This document shows, piece by piece, positions 56,269 to 64,000 of a stretch of DNA of 64,000 nt. The stretch covers positions 418,407 through 482,406 of the forward strand of contig CBDEFI010000006.1 in NCBI GenBank assembly GCA_965237375.1, in the 5' to 3' direction. The stretch is from Acidimicrobiales bacterium (GTDB taxonomy: Bacteria > Actinomycetota > Acidimicrobiia > Acidimicrobiales > CATQHL01). The translations under genes were made by a program, and so were the position numbers. The notes below the pieces were generated by a model. That model worked only from the letters and a program-made list of their open reading frames with translations. It searched no databases and was not told the DNA's origin. Each line of letters opens with the position of its first letter. The stretch's first letter is position 1.

Positions 56269-57180
56269 ATGGCCAACATGCCCAACAACGCCTCGCGGCA
56301 TGACGAGGAGGCCGCGGCGGCGGTGATCGCTCGGCTGGTCGATGTCGCCAACACGCGGCGACCGGACCCCGGCAAGGCCAAGGCACCCGACTGGCGCTTG
56401 AAGTTGGCTAGCGGTTCGGTTGTTTACGTAGAGGTGACCACGAATGTCGACGGCGAGACCCGCGCGTTCCATACGGCAGTCACCCAGCGAGACGGTGCTG
56501 CTCGCGAATGGCCCGATGATCGCTTGGCGTACTGGTGGGAAGTATTGCTTGCCGACCACGACCCGGCGTCGAGCCGCGGTGTTCGGCGTGTCAAGGATGT
56601 GGTTCCGGAACTGGGTGGGATACTGGCCGATGTCGAGTCCGCGGGCGGTTCCCCCGCTGAGATGGCAGCACGCGCAGCGGAGGCACTGAGTAGGTCGCCC
56701 CTGTTCACATCACCGCTCTTCGCTGACCCGCGACGATTCAGCCCCTACCCACCAGAATGGCCAGACGACAGTTCATGGCATGCGCAGAATGTCAGACTCG
56801 TGGGAGAACCCGACTTCGTCGGCCCCGGCCCGGGCGGGATCCTCACCATAGGCCTCACCGCGGACGCCAGCGCGGGCCAGGTAGCGCTCGTGACGGACGT
56901 ACGACGCTGCATCGCAGCAAAGAGGGCGTCGGACCAGTTCGCTGGCCACGAAGGGGCGCGTTGGTTGGCGGTGATGCTCAGCGGACTTGCTGCGGACCAA
57001 CTATGCCGCAATGGTGAACGACGCCCGTTGCCACGGTTCCCGCGTCTCGATATCACGTTCGACTACTTCGACGAGGTGTGGGCAATCACCGAGGGGAGGG
57101 CCGGGTACGTGGTTCTGCGCCTCACACAGGGAGGCACAGATCAGCGCCACATCAAGTGCTCCCAATTGTCGTCGCCCTGA
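56269..57180 (+). CDS. Hypothetical protein
   Basis: 303 aa from the ATG at 56269 (MANMPNNASRHDEEAAAAVIARL...). I recognised no family. It lies 87 nt downstream of the NERD gene on the same strand. Confidence 0.45.
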   Translation: MANMPNNASRHDEEAAAAVIARLVDVANTRRPDPGKAKAPDWRLKLASGSVVYVEVTTNVDGETRAFHTAVTQRDGAAREWPDDRLAYWWEVLLADHDPASSRGVRRVKDVVPELGGILADVESAGGSPAEMAARAAEALSRSPLFTSPLFADPRRFSPYPPEWPDDSSWHAQNVRLVGEPDFVGPGPGGILTIGLTADASAGQVALVTDVRRCIAAKRASDQFAGHEGARWLAVMLSGLAADQLCRNGERRPLPRFPRLDITFDYFDEVWAITEGRAGYVVLRLTQGGTDQRHIKCSQLSSP

Positions 57181-57371
57181 CCCAGCGCCTGTCGTGCTGG
57201 GTCAACTCATGTCAGCTGTGTCTCTCGCGGCTGATCTGCCGCCCGCGCGCTCCGAAGTCAAATGCCTCCCGGTCGTACTCGCGAGAGCGCTGCCCGTCGG
57301 GCACTGCGCCAAGAGCGAGAGTCCAGCAGCCGAGGAGCGTGCGCATATGTGGGCGGGTTGAGCCCGGACTC

Positions 57372-57610
57372 AAATGTGGAGACCCCCCTCTTCAAAATGT
57401 GGCGCGCTCCAACGGGTCCTGGGAATCGGCAGGTCAGGTGTGGTGGCTAACACCCCACTTTGGACGCTCATGAGGCCCCATGTGCACCCATGAGCCGCCA
57501 TGACGCCCCAGAACTCCGAGGTCACAGCGCCGCGTGCAGTTGACACTGATTCGCCCGTTCTTGCTGGGTGTCAGCTATCACGCCATCCCGCGTGGGAATA
57601 GACGTGGGAA
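57372..57610 (+). promoter_or_regulatory. Island-junction module
   Basis: AAATGTGG(A/C)G lies at 57372-57381 and 57395-57404. Degenerate core: ctaacaccccactttgg. Conserved arm: acgctcatgaggccccatg...gttgacactgattcgc...tcagctatcacgccatcccgc. GTGGGAA lies at 57592-57598 and 57604-57610. Confidence 0.55.
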
Positions 57611-57714
57611 CTGCGTCGCCTGGGAGCGCTCACCACCGCCACCGATAAAGCAAACTGACCCCGCGCAACCCGAGGCACACCTCAGTGGGGGTCCCTGTGT
57701 TTGGTGGAGGCGTT

Positions 57715-58110
57715 GGTTTGAGTCGTGGCCTGGTGACCTGAGTGTCGTTGACGGTAGTACCGATCTTCGGCTTCGGCCGACGGGACAACGTAGCAACCAA
57801 TGGAATTACGCTCAGTATGAAGCGCCTCGGTGGCGCTGCATCTGGTTGGCGGCCCCAAGTTCGCCGCCTGATCCCGAGATCTGCTGTTCAGACATCGCCG
57901 AGGACGGTCACCCGCAGGATCTCGTCTGCCTCGAGTTGGAGCACCTCGCAGGCGATGGCGAGGACATCGTCGACTTCGAGGTAGATCACCTCACGCGTCG
58001 GCCAGCATGTTCAGGAGTTGCTCGTGGCGCTGGAGGTTTCGCTGCAGCATCGCCTGGAACTCCGGATCGCGGTGGCGCCGCTCGACGTGCGCGGCCAGAG
58101 CATCTCGAAC
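57715..58110 (-). pseudogene. Decayed second copy of the RHH-antitoxin / truncated-doc locus
   Basis: Aligns to 12213-12740 with a ~110-bp internal deletion in doc. The RHH gene is cut after ...ALAAHVERRHRDPEF-type sequence at ~58110. Confidence 0.65.
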
Positions 58111-58116
58111 GACGAC

Positions 58117-58600
58117 GAGACCACCGAGGCGCTGCGCGCCGCAATCGCTGACGCTGCCGGCCGGCGATCGTCAGGCTCCGGAGCGGCGCCGTGCTACAGC
58201 CTCTCCGGCGGGCAGCCGAAGATCGCCCTGGCACGCACCGCTGACGGCTGGCAGTGGCCCACCGGAGCGGCGCCCTCCACCCACATCCTCAAGCCACCGC
58301 CCGGATCGTCAGCCAACGAGCAGCCCATCAACGAGCATCTGTGCCTAGCGACAGCGCGACGCCTCGGCCTCGACGCCGCCGAGAGCACACTCGCCGTCTT
58401 TGACGACATACCCGTCGCCGTGGTGAAGTGCTACGACCGGACCCCGGCCTCGCCGGGCCGGCCCGCGTCCACCAAGAGGACACCGCCCAGGCGCTCGGAC
58501 GGCCGCCGGACACAGATGCCGAAACCCTCGGCGGCGTTTCGACGGTGCACATAGACGACGTGCTCACCCGCCGACACGGGAAACAACGTCGATTCAGGCG
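58117..58600 (+). pseudogene. HipA-family kinase fragment (internal portion, frameshifted)
   Basis: YSLSGGQPKIALARTADGWQWPTGAAPSTHILKPP...NEHLCLATARRLGLDAAES...VKCYDR. It continues in another frame with RVHQEDTAQALGRPPD. Both the N- and C-termini are missing. Confidence 0.65.
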
Positions 58601-58789
58601 GCGCTCCCATGACCTGCAGTCTCCCCGAGGGGTGCGACAACGACAATGGCTACCGGCCCCGTGCGGGGCGGGAGAGGCTGGGAGTATCTGTCGCGCCACG
58701 GCAGCGGGACCCGCCACCGCGGCCGGCGCGCTGGACGAGCGATATAGGGGCCCTAACGGCCATCGGGCACCAGGCGGCGCCCTGGCCTG

Positions 58790-59761
58790 CTAGATGTGCA
58801 TGCTGGGGACGTTGTCCCCGAGGGTTGAGGCTGGTGTTTTCCAGCCGAGCGCTCCGTGGGTTCGGTGGCAATTGTAGTAGTGGAGGAAGCCCTGGTAGGC
58901 GTTGGCGCGTTCGGTTTCGCTTCCCCAGGGGCGGATGTAGGCCCATTCCTCGAGGAGGATGCGGTGGAAGCGTTCGACTTTGCCGTTGGTCTGGGGCCGG
59001 TAGGGGCGGGTCTTCTTGACCTTCGTTGCGGTGCGTTTACAGGCTTTGTGCCAGTCTTTGGACCGGTAGCAGCCGCCGTTGTCGGTAATGACGCGTTCGC
59101 AGGTCACGCCCCAGGTGGCGAACCAGGCGTGGGCGCGCAACCAGAACTCTGCGGCGGTTGGGCCACACTCGTCGTCGAGGTGCTCGCTGTAGACCAGGCG
59201 GCTGCGGTCATCGAGGGCGGTGTGCAGGTAGCGGTAGCCGGCCTTGGCGCCCGGCGTGGGGGCGTTGCCGCGTCCGTGGACCCTCCAGCCGCCGCCGGGA
59301 GGGATGGCGGGCAGCTTCTTGATGTCCACATGGACGAGTTCACCAGGCCTTTCGCGCTGATAGCGCACCGGCGCCGGTTTGGTGGCGCGGTCACCGCGGT
59401 CGAGGCGCCCCAGGCCGGCGTCGGCGAGGATCTTCTGCGCCGTGGACGGCGCCACGCCGACCCTGTGGGCGATCCAGCCAGCGCCGCGGCGCCGACAGCG
59501 ACGCAGGCGGATCACCTCGGCGCGCACCTCCGGCGGTGTACGCCCCGGGCTGCGGCGCGGCCGGCTGGAGCGGTCCAACAGACCGTCGGGTCCTTCCGCG
59601 AGGTAGCGGTCGCGCCACTTGCGCACCGTCTTGGGGTCCACCTGGAACCGCTCCGCGGTCGCCGCGACACCCCAGCCCTCCACAATCAGCACATCAACCA
59701 TCCGCCGCCGCATCGCCGGCGTCAGCTTCGCGTTCAGATGCTGGGTCCTAACCTGTGCCAT
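58790..59761 (-). CDS. IS481-family transposase
   Basis: 323 aa, differing from copy 1 at a few residues. The stop is supplied by the flanking CTAG. Confidence 0.9.
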   Translation of the reverse strand: MAQVRTQHLNAKLTPAMRRRMVDVLIVEGWGVAATAERFQVDPKTVRKWRDRYLAEGPDGLLDRSSRPRRSPGRTPPEVRAEVIRLRRCRRRGAGWIAHRVGVAPSTAQKILADAGLGRLDRGDRATKPAPVRYQRERPGELVHVDIKKLPAIPPGGGWRVHGRGNAPTPGAKAGYRYLHTALDDRSRLVYSEHLDDECGPTAAEFWLRAHAWFATWGVTCERVITDNGGCYRSKDWHKACKRTATKVKKTRPYRPQTNGKVERFHRILLEEWAYIRPWGSETERANAYQGFLHYYNCHRTHGALGWKTPASTLGDNVPSMHI

Positions 59762-59876
59762 GAGCCCTCCTTGCGGGGTGTGAGCTGGTTACTTGCCCAC
59801 AGCATCGCCGGAGGGCTCACCTCAACGGTGAACCCTCAATCCCATCCACCCAGGGACAACCTCCCCGGTTGTCACA
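58795..59876 (-). mobile_element. IS481-family element, copy 2, with CTAGA flanking repeats
   Basis: Same IRs as copy 1. ctaga lies at 58790-58794 and 59878-59882, the right copy offset by 1 nt. Confidence 0.9.
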
Positions 59877-59877
59877 C

Positions 59878-60530
59878 CTAGACGTCGATCCCTGACGACG
59901 GCGACAACGGGAAGAGGCGCCCGATCTCCGCCGCGGCGGCCGCCACGGTCGCGCCCAGATCCTCGTAGTCCACCGGGAACTCGGCATATCGCGACGCCGG
60001 GCGGTTCGGGAAGGCCCGGAGGATCTCGGCCAGGCCGTGCGGTCGAAAGCCGCCGTCCTTCCGTGTGGCGAGGGTGCACAGTTCGCTGACACTGAACCGC
60101 TCGGTGAGCGCCGCGAAATCGACAAAGTCCCGGGGCAGGGCGCACCACACAGGGCGAGCACCTTGTCGGCGGCCAAATCGTCCAACGCCAGGACGGTGCT
60201 CTCCTCGATGCGCACCGGCGCCTCCAGGCGGAAGTCGCTGCCGAGGTCAACGATTGTGGAGTCATCGCTGGAGGTGACCTGCAGGCGAGCGAAGTGATCC
60301 CTCTCCTCCTCGCGGGTGACCTGCAGCCCGTCCGCCTCGAGGGCGGCCTGGACGAGATCCACCACCTCGGCATGCGGCGACGGGAAGCGGGCGAAAAAGT
60401 CGAGATCCCGAGTGCGGCGGTCGACCACACCGGACACGACCAGACCGCCGCCGCCGGCGAGAGCTAGTTCGACGTTGTCACCGACGTCGCCGAGAGTGCG
60501 GCGGATCCGCTCCTGCAGTGCGGTGAGCAC
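59878..60530 (-). pseudogene. AbiEii-like nucleotidyltransferase with one frameshift (~60145)
   Basis: VLTALQERIRRTLGDVGDNVELALAGGGGLVVSGVVDRRTRDLDFFA...ALDDLAADKVLAL, then a +1 shift to ...LPRDFVDFAALTERFSV.... The stop codon lies in the IS481 target CTAG. Confidence 0.7.
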
Positions 60531-60533
60531 CTG

Positions 60534-60923
60534 CTAGTCGAGCAGGTCATGGGCGCGTAGCCAGCGCTCCCACGGCGCACGAATGTGCGGCGACAGATGC
60601 AGTTCCCCCCACATGGCCACGACCTCGTCGACGTCGATGAACCACAGCACGTCCTCGTAGCGACCCTCAGTCATCACCACCTGGTAGGCGTCGAGGCGCT
60701 GACGGCGATCATCCAAGTCGTACTCGAAGGGCGGCGACCAGGCGACGTGGGGCGGCAGGCGCACCACACCGGAGGCCTTCGGCCGCGAACGGTCCAACAG
60801 CCCCTCGGGGATCTTCGCCGGCGGACGCGACAAGACACGCGTCGGCGACACCGTCGTCGGATGCGGCCCACCAAGCGGGAACCACTCCTCCTCGGTCATG
60901 CTCGGCGGGGACGGATGGGCCAT
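60534..60923 (-). CDS. Small conserved hypothetical protein, paralog 3 of 3
   Basis: MAHPSPPSMTEEEWFPLGGPHPTTVSPTRVLSRPPAKIPEGLLDRSRPKASGVVRLPPHVAWSPPFEYDLDDRRQRLDAYQVVMTEGRYEDVLWFIDVDEVVAMWGELHLSPHIRAPWERWLRAHDLLD. It stops 3 nt before the NTase GTG. Confidence 0.7.
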   Translation of the reverse strand: MAHPSPPSMTEEEWFPLGGPHPTTVSPTRVLSRPPAKIPEGLLDRSRPKASGVVRLPPHVAWSPPFEYDLDDRRQRLDAYQVVMTEGRYEDVLWFIDVDEVVAMWGELHLSPHIRAPWERWLRAHDLLD

Positions 60924-61005
60924 GCGCCCAGAGTACCCCCAGGGTGCGCCAAGGGCGCCGGTCATCACATCTAGCCGCAGGTCGTCAAGTCGAGATAGGG
61001 CGGCG

Positions 61006-61140
61006 CTACCGGGCAGCAAGCTGCTCCCCAACACCACCACGGCGGGCGGCCCCCGCCACCGACACCTCACCACGCAACACCGACAACACAACTTGCAACT
61101 CGCGCTCAGGGCTTCCGTGGGACGGTTTGGACATCAGCAT
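61006..61140 (-). pseudogene. Transposase OrfA (HTH) remnant, 44 codons
   Basis: MLMSKPSHGSPERELQVVLSVLRGEVSVAGAARRGGVGEQLAAR* resembles the N-terminal HTH of IS3/IS481-type OrfA proteins. It is below the ORF-track length cut-off. Confidence 0.4.
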
Positions 61141-61444
61141 CTCCATGCATCAGACCCAACCTCGACCTGAGCAAGAAATCCTGACCCGGGACAAAGCCAC
61201 CCGCGCCGGTCGCCCCACCGGCGATCCCAGAATGCGACAGCACCGCGTCATTCGACAAACGCCATCAAGCCTGCCGCCGCCAGATGAACAACCAAGCGCC
61301 GAGAATGAACAGATCCTCCAGAATCCACCTCGACAACGAATCAGCCGCCACGCCCCGCTCCTGCTCGTCGCCAGTACCGACAGTGATACCAACACTCCCC
61401 GCGTTCTGCGTTCGCCCAGCACAAGCTCCGTACGCGGTCCGTCG

Positions 61445-61618
61445 AATCGTGGAGCCCCACTCCACTCGGGAGCGCTCATGCGACCCCATGTGTCCCCATG
61501 AGTCGCCATGACGACCCAGAAATCCGAGGTCACGGCGGCGCTTGCGGTTGACACTGATTCGCTCGTGCTTGCTGGGCGTCAGCTATCACGCCATCCCGCG
61601 TGGGAATAGATGTGGGAA
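61445..61618 (+). promoter_or_regulatory. Island-junction module
   Basis: Degenerate core: gtggagccccactccactcggg. Conserved arm: agcgctcatgcgaccccatgtgtccccatgagtcgccatgacg...gttgacactgattcgc...tcagctatcacgccatcccgc. GTGGGAA lies at 61600-61606 and 61612-61618. Confidence 0.55.
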
Positions 61619-61702
61619 CTGCGTCTCGTGGGAGCCCTCACCTGCGCCTCGGCGGCGTCTCTCGGTCAGTTGGTGTTCAGTCGCGACAGGGTTGAGCCGG
61701 CG

Positions 61703-61963
61703 TCACGCTCGAAACGGATCGGCTTCGACGATCGCTGTGACGGTCTTGCGGCCCAGCCCGGACGCCTCGGCGATCTGGCGAAGTGAGGCGCCGACGCGGT
61801 GCGCCGTGCGAATCATGTCGTCGCGGATGGCGATCTCCTCCTGCGCCCGCTCGGCACTCAGGCCGACCACGGCGAGCGCCGTGCCGATCTCGTAGTCGAG
61901 GCTGCTGCGGTACTTGTCCAATGCCGCGTTCGCGGCGGACACATCAGCGTCGCTGTAGCTCAT
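61703..61963 (-). CDS. Small HTH protein (C-terminal sigma-70 region-4/Hin-like HTH)
   Basis: ATG at 61963 follows GGAGGAG. 86 aa: ...RDDMIRTAHRVGASLRQIAEASGLGRKTVTAIVEADP. Confidence 0.6.
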   Translation of the reverse strand: MSYSDADVSAANAALDKYRSSLDYEIGTALAVVGLSAERAQEEIAIRDDMIRTAHRVGASLRQIAEASGLGRKTVTAIVEADPFRA

Positions 61964-62139
61964 TGCTCCTCCCACAGGCCCGCAGCCAGCTTGTCGCGAA
62001 TAGCGATGAGGGTCGGGATCCGCGGCGACAGCTCGCCCGACGCCTCGGCGACATTGAGATGCGCGACGACCATTCCAAGCAACTCCAACGCTTCGACCCG
62101 CTCCAACCCGAGGCGCACCATTGGCCCGTATCGGACCAT
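61960..62139 (-). CDS. Small ORF (53-59 aa) translationally coupled to the HTH gene; absent from the ORF track
   Basis: (MVRYGP)MVRLGLERVEALELLGMVVAHLNVAEASGELSPRIPTLIAIRDKLAAGLWEEQ*. Its TGA overlaps the downstream ATG (ATGA). GGGGGAGG lies upstream of the ATG at 62139. Confidence 0.45.
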   Translation of the reverse strand: MVRYGPMVRLGLERVEALELLGMVVAHLNVAEASGELSPRIPTLIAIRDKLAAGLWEEQ

Positions 62140-62311
62140 CGGCTCGGACCGAACCTCCCCCGGGGTTCCCCCAAGCTGACCGCGCGAAACCCGGGTTGCA
62201 CCTGAGCCAGCGCGGAGACCCGGGGAGGCTCAGAATAGGCTGGGGATGGTGGGAGGTCGGACGCAGAGGAAATCGGACGCTGATGAATTGCTGTGCTTCC
62301 TCTGAGCTGAG

Positions 62312-63244
62312 TTGACTGCGGACCAGCACACGGCCGGATCGCGGTCGCGGCGGCTGGGCGCGGCTGCCATGCTCGCCTCCGGGCTGGGCTTCGGTATGTC
62401 GGGAGTGTTCACCCGCAGCATCGAGGGCGGTGCCTGGGAGATCGCAAGCTGGCGCGGCCTGACCGCGACCCCAGTCATTGTGGCCTATGTCTGGTGGCGC
62501 CGGCGGCGCGACGCTGATCATGTTCGGGTCCGCCTCAACCCGGTTTCAGCCGCCCAGGCGCTGGTGCTGCTCGCTCTCAACGCTGCGGGCATGGTGCTGC
62601 TGGTCACTGCGCTTCAGAAGACGGCTGTGGCCAACGTGTCGGTGATCATGGCGACCATACCGTTCATGGCAGCGGGGCTCGGGTGGCTGATTCTGCGTGA
62701 GGGTCTGCGGCGATCGACGGTCATCGCTGCGGTGGTGTCGTTCGGAGGTGTGATCCTGACCGTGGCCGGGAGCCTTGGGGCCGGCAATCTGGAGGGGGAT
62801 CTGTTGGCCGTGGCCCTGTCGCTCACGTTGGCTTCGCTGATCGTGCTGATACGCCGCTTCCGAGGCACCGATGCTCTGTTGGCGCAAGCGGGATCAGGAG
62901 TTGTGCTGTTCGCGGTGGCGCTCGTGGTGGCCGACCCGTTCGGGATGGACGCCTCCGAGATGCCTCTGACCGTGGCCTTCGGGCTGGTGTTCGCTGTGTC
63001 GCTGGTGCTGTGGACTGAGGGGGTCCGGCGAATTCGGGCAGCGGAGGCCGCTCTCTTGGCCACGACTGAGACACCCTGCTCGGTTCTGGCGGCGTGGATT
63101 GTGGTGAGCGAGGCGCCACCACTTGCCACGGTGGTCGGCGGGCTGTTGATCGTGGGTGCCGTGGTCACCCACACCCGGGCCGATCTGGTCCACGATCGGG
63201 TCAGTCGTCCATGGCAGCGCCAAGGGACCGGGCCGAAGATCTAG
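62312..63244 (+). CDS. DMT-superfamily (EamA-like) transporter
   Basis: About 10 predicted TM helices in two EamA-like halves (…ALQKTAVANVSVIMATIPFMAAGLGWLILREGL… / …LWTEGVRRIRAAEAALLATTETPCSVLAAWIVVSE…). The start codon is uncertain. Confidence 0.75.
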   Translation: MTADQHTAGSRSRRLGAAAMLASGLGFGMSGVFTRSIEGGAWEIASWRGLTATPVIVAYVWWRRRRDADHVRVRLNPVSAAQALVLLALNAAGMVLLVTALQKTAVANVSVIMATIPFMAAGLGWLILREGLRRSTVIAAVVSFGGVILTVAGSLGAGNLEGDLLAVALSLTLASLIVLIRRFRGTDALLAQAGSGVVLFAVALVVADPFGMDASEMPLTVAFGLVFAVSLVLWTEGVRRIRAAEAALLATTETPCSVLAAWIVVSEAPPLATVVGGLLIVGAVVTHTRADLVHDRVSRPWQRQGTGPKI

Positions 63245-63254
63245 CTTCTGGTCA

Positions 63255-63480
63255 CTCGGACTGATCCGCGCCCCGCTCGTTGGACTCGGCTTGTGGGAGT
63301 CCGGCGGCGACCCTTCAGCAGAACACTCTCGCGGAGAGCAAGTCGCGCGGGTGACCCTGCCCTCCCGATCGTTCCCCGCTGGCAAGACAGCAACGACCAC
63401 CGCCGTACCGACGCCAGATCGACCCCAGAGAACTCCCGGGCACACCTACCGGGACGCGTGGGAAGAAACGTGGGAAACCG
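63255..63480 (+). promoter_or_regulatory. Island-end arm (homolog of 12930-13130) truncated by an IS21 fragment
   Basis: gttggactcggcttgtggg...ggcaagacagcaacgaccaccgcc...cgcGTGGGAAgaaacGTGGGAAaccg (boxes at 63458-63464 and 63469-63475). Similarity ends at 63480, where the core would be expected ~60 nt further on. Confidence 0.5.
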
Positions 63481-63484
63481 AGCG

Positions 63485-63949
63485 TCAGTATGCCGCCAAG
63501 TGCCCTCTGAACTGGCGGTTTGTGTTCGCTTCGATTTCCCGCAGCTCCAACCAGTCCCACTGCAACTCCACCCCCGGCGGATGGTCAAGATCGGTATGTG
63601 CCCGCCCGCCGCCGTGCGAGCAGCCCGCACAGACCGGGCGCAGCCCCCGCAGGCGTATCTGGCGGGTGAACGTCTGATACGACCGCGCATAGCCGCACCC
63701 CAACGCCCGCACCTCGCCGTATAACACCGTCGCCCGCACATGCGGATCATCCGCCAACCGCCGACGCACATACCCCTCGACCGCGTCGAACGGAACACCG
63801 CTGCCGTCGCGCACGCCGACCCGCCGATCACCGGCCAGATACGCCCGCACCGTCTTGCGGTCCCGACCCACATGACGGGCAATGGCCGCAATCGACCAAC
63901 CCTGCTGCCTCAACGCGTGAATCTCCACGTCCTCTCCCTGTGTCATCAT
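63485..63949 (-). pseudogene. IS21-family transposase IstA, N-terminal ~150 aa only
   Basis: MMTQGEDVEIHALRQQGWSIAAIARHVGRDRKTVRAYLAG...VLYGEVRALGCGYARSYQTFTRQIR...VELQWDWLEL. The DDE core is missing. Confidence 0.7.
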
Positions 63950-64000
63950 CAGAGCCGGGCTCCTCTCCCACTGGACCGTCTCGCGACAACCAGTTCAGAG

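Noticed and set aside
57181-57360. 44-codon minus-strand ORF (MRTLLGCWTLALGAVPDGQRSREYDREAFDFGARGRQISRERHS)
   Set aside because: It has no ribosome-binding site, no partner gene and no second copy for comparison. It cannot be distinguished from chance in GC-rich DNA.
57534-61895. Peptides conserved between repeat copies (HAIPRGNR.GNCV, AVLPAGNDREG, PGQ.VFGE.SLDD), considered as small conserved proteins
   Set aside because: Conservation is at the nucleotide level and appears in whichever frame happens to be open. Starts, stops and lengths differ between copies. Several of these ORFs cross the ssrA-like core. I interpret them as non-coding junction modules.

Overview
High-GC (about 65-70%) actinobacterial-type chromosomal DNA. 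I assigned families by reading the ORF translations; no database search was run. The window has three parts. (1) 1-3.3 kb holds a tightly coupled four-gene operon with ATGA start/stop overlaps: a gamma-butyrobetaine-hydroxylase/TmpA-like dioxygenase, a PhnZ/TmpB-like HD oxygenase, a GntR regulator and a URO-D-like methyltransferase. (2) 33.5-43.7 kb is a housekeeping block: pcm, rpe, clpP, tRNA-Leu(TAG), rdgB, rph, a 5'-nucleotidase, cysM-like, mec-like JAMM, smpB, an RCC1-repeat protein and tmRNA (ssrA). (3) The rest, roughly two thirds of the window, is scrambled accessory DNA. At least 11 IS copies or fragments are present: two IS3-family types, IS1380 x2, IS110 fragment, IS30 x2, IS481 x2, IS982, a large frameshifted DDE element and an IS21 fragment. 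They are interleaved with toxin-antitoxin and abortive-infection-like cargo: RHH-Doc, VapBC, one canonical AbiEi/AbiEii pair, several other NTase modules, a HipA remnant, a DUF4041/T5orf172-type protein, a KAP NTPase split by IS982, and a NERD protein. The most interesting signal is non-coding. A family of about 260-bp junction modules is built around degenerate copies of the ssrA 3' end. One copy is an exact 23-nt match in inverted orientation, 22 kb from ssrA. The modules are flanked by paired GTGGGAA-type direct repeats at nine loci and separate the TA/Abi cassettes. A thrice-repeated small protein always precedes a nucleotidyltransferase and may be an undescribed partner. No CRISPR array or rRNA was seen.
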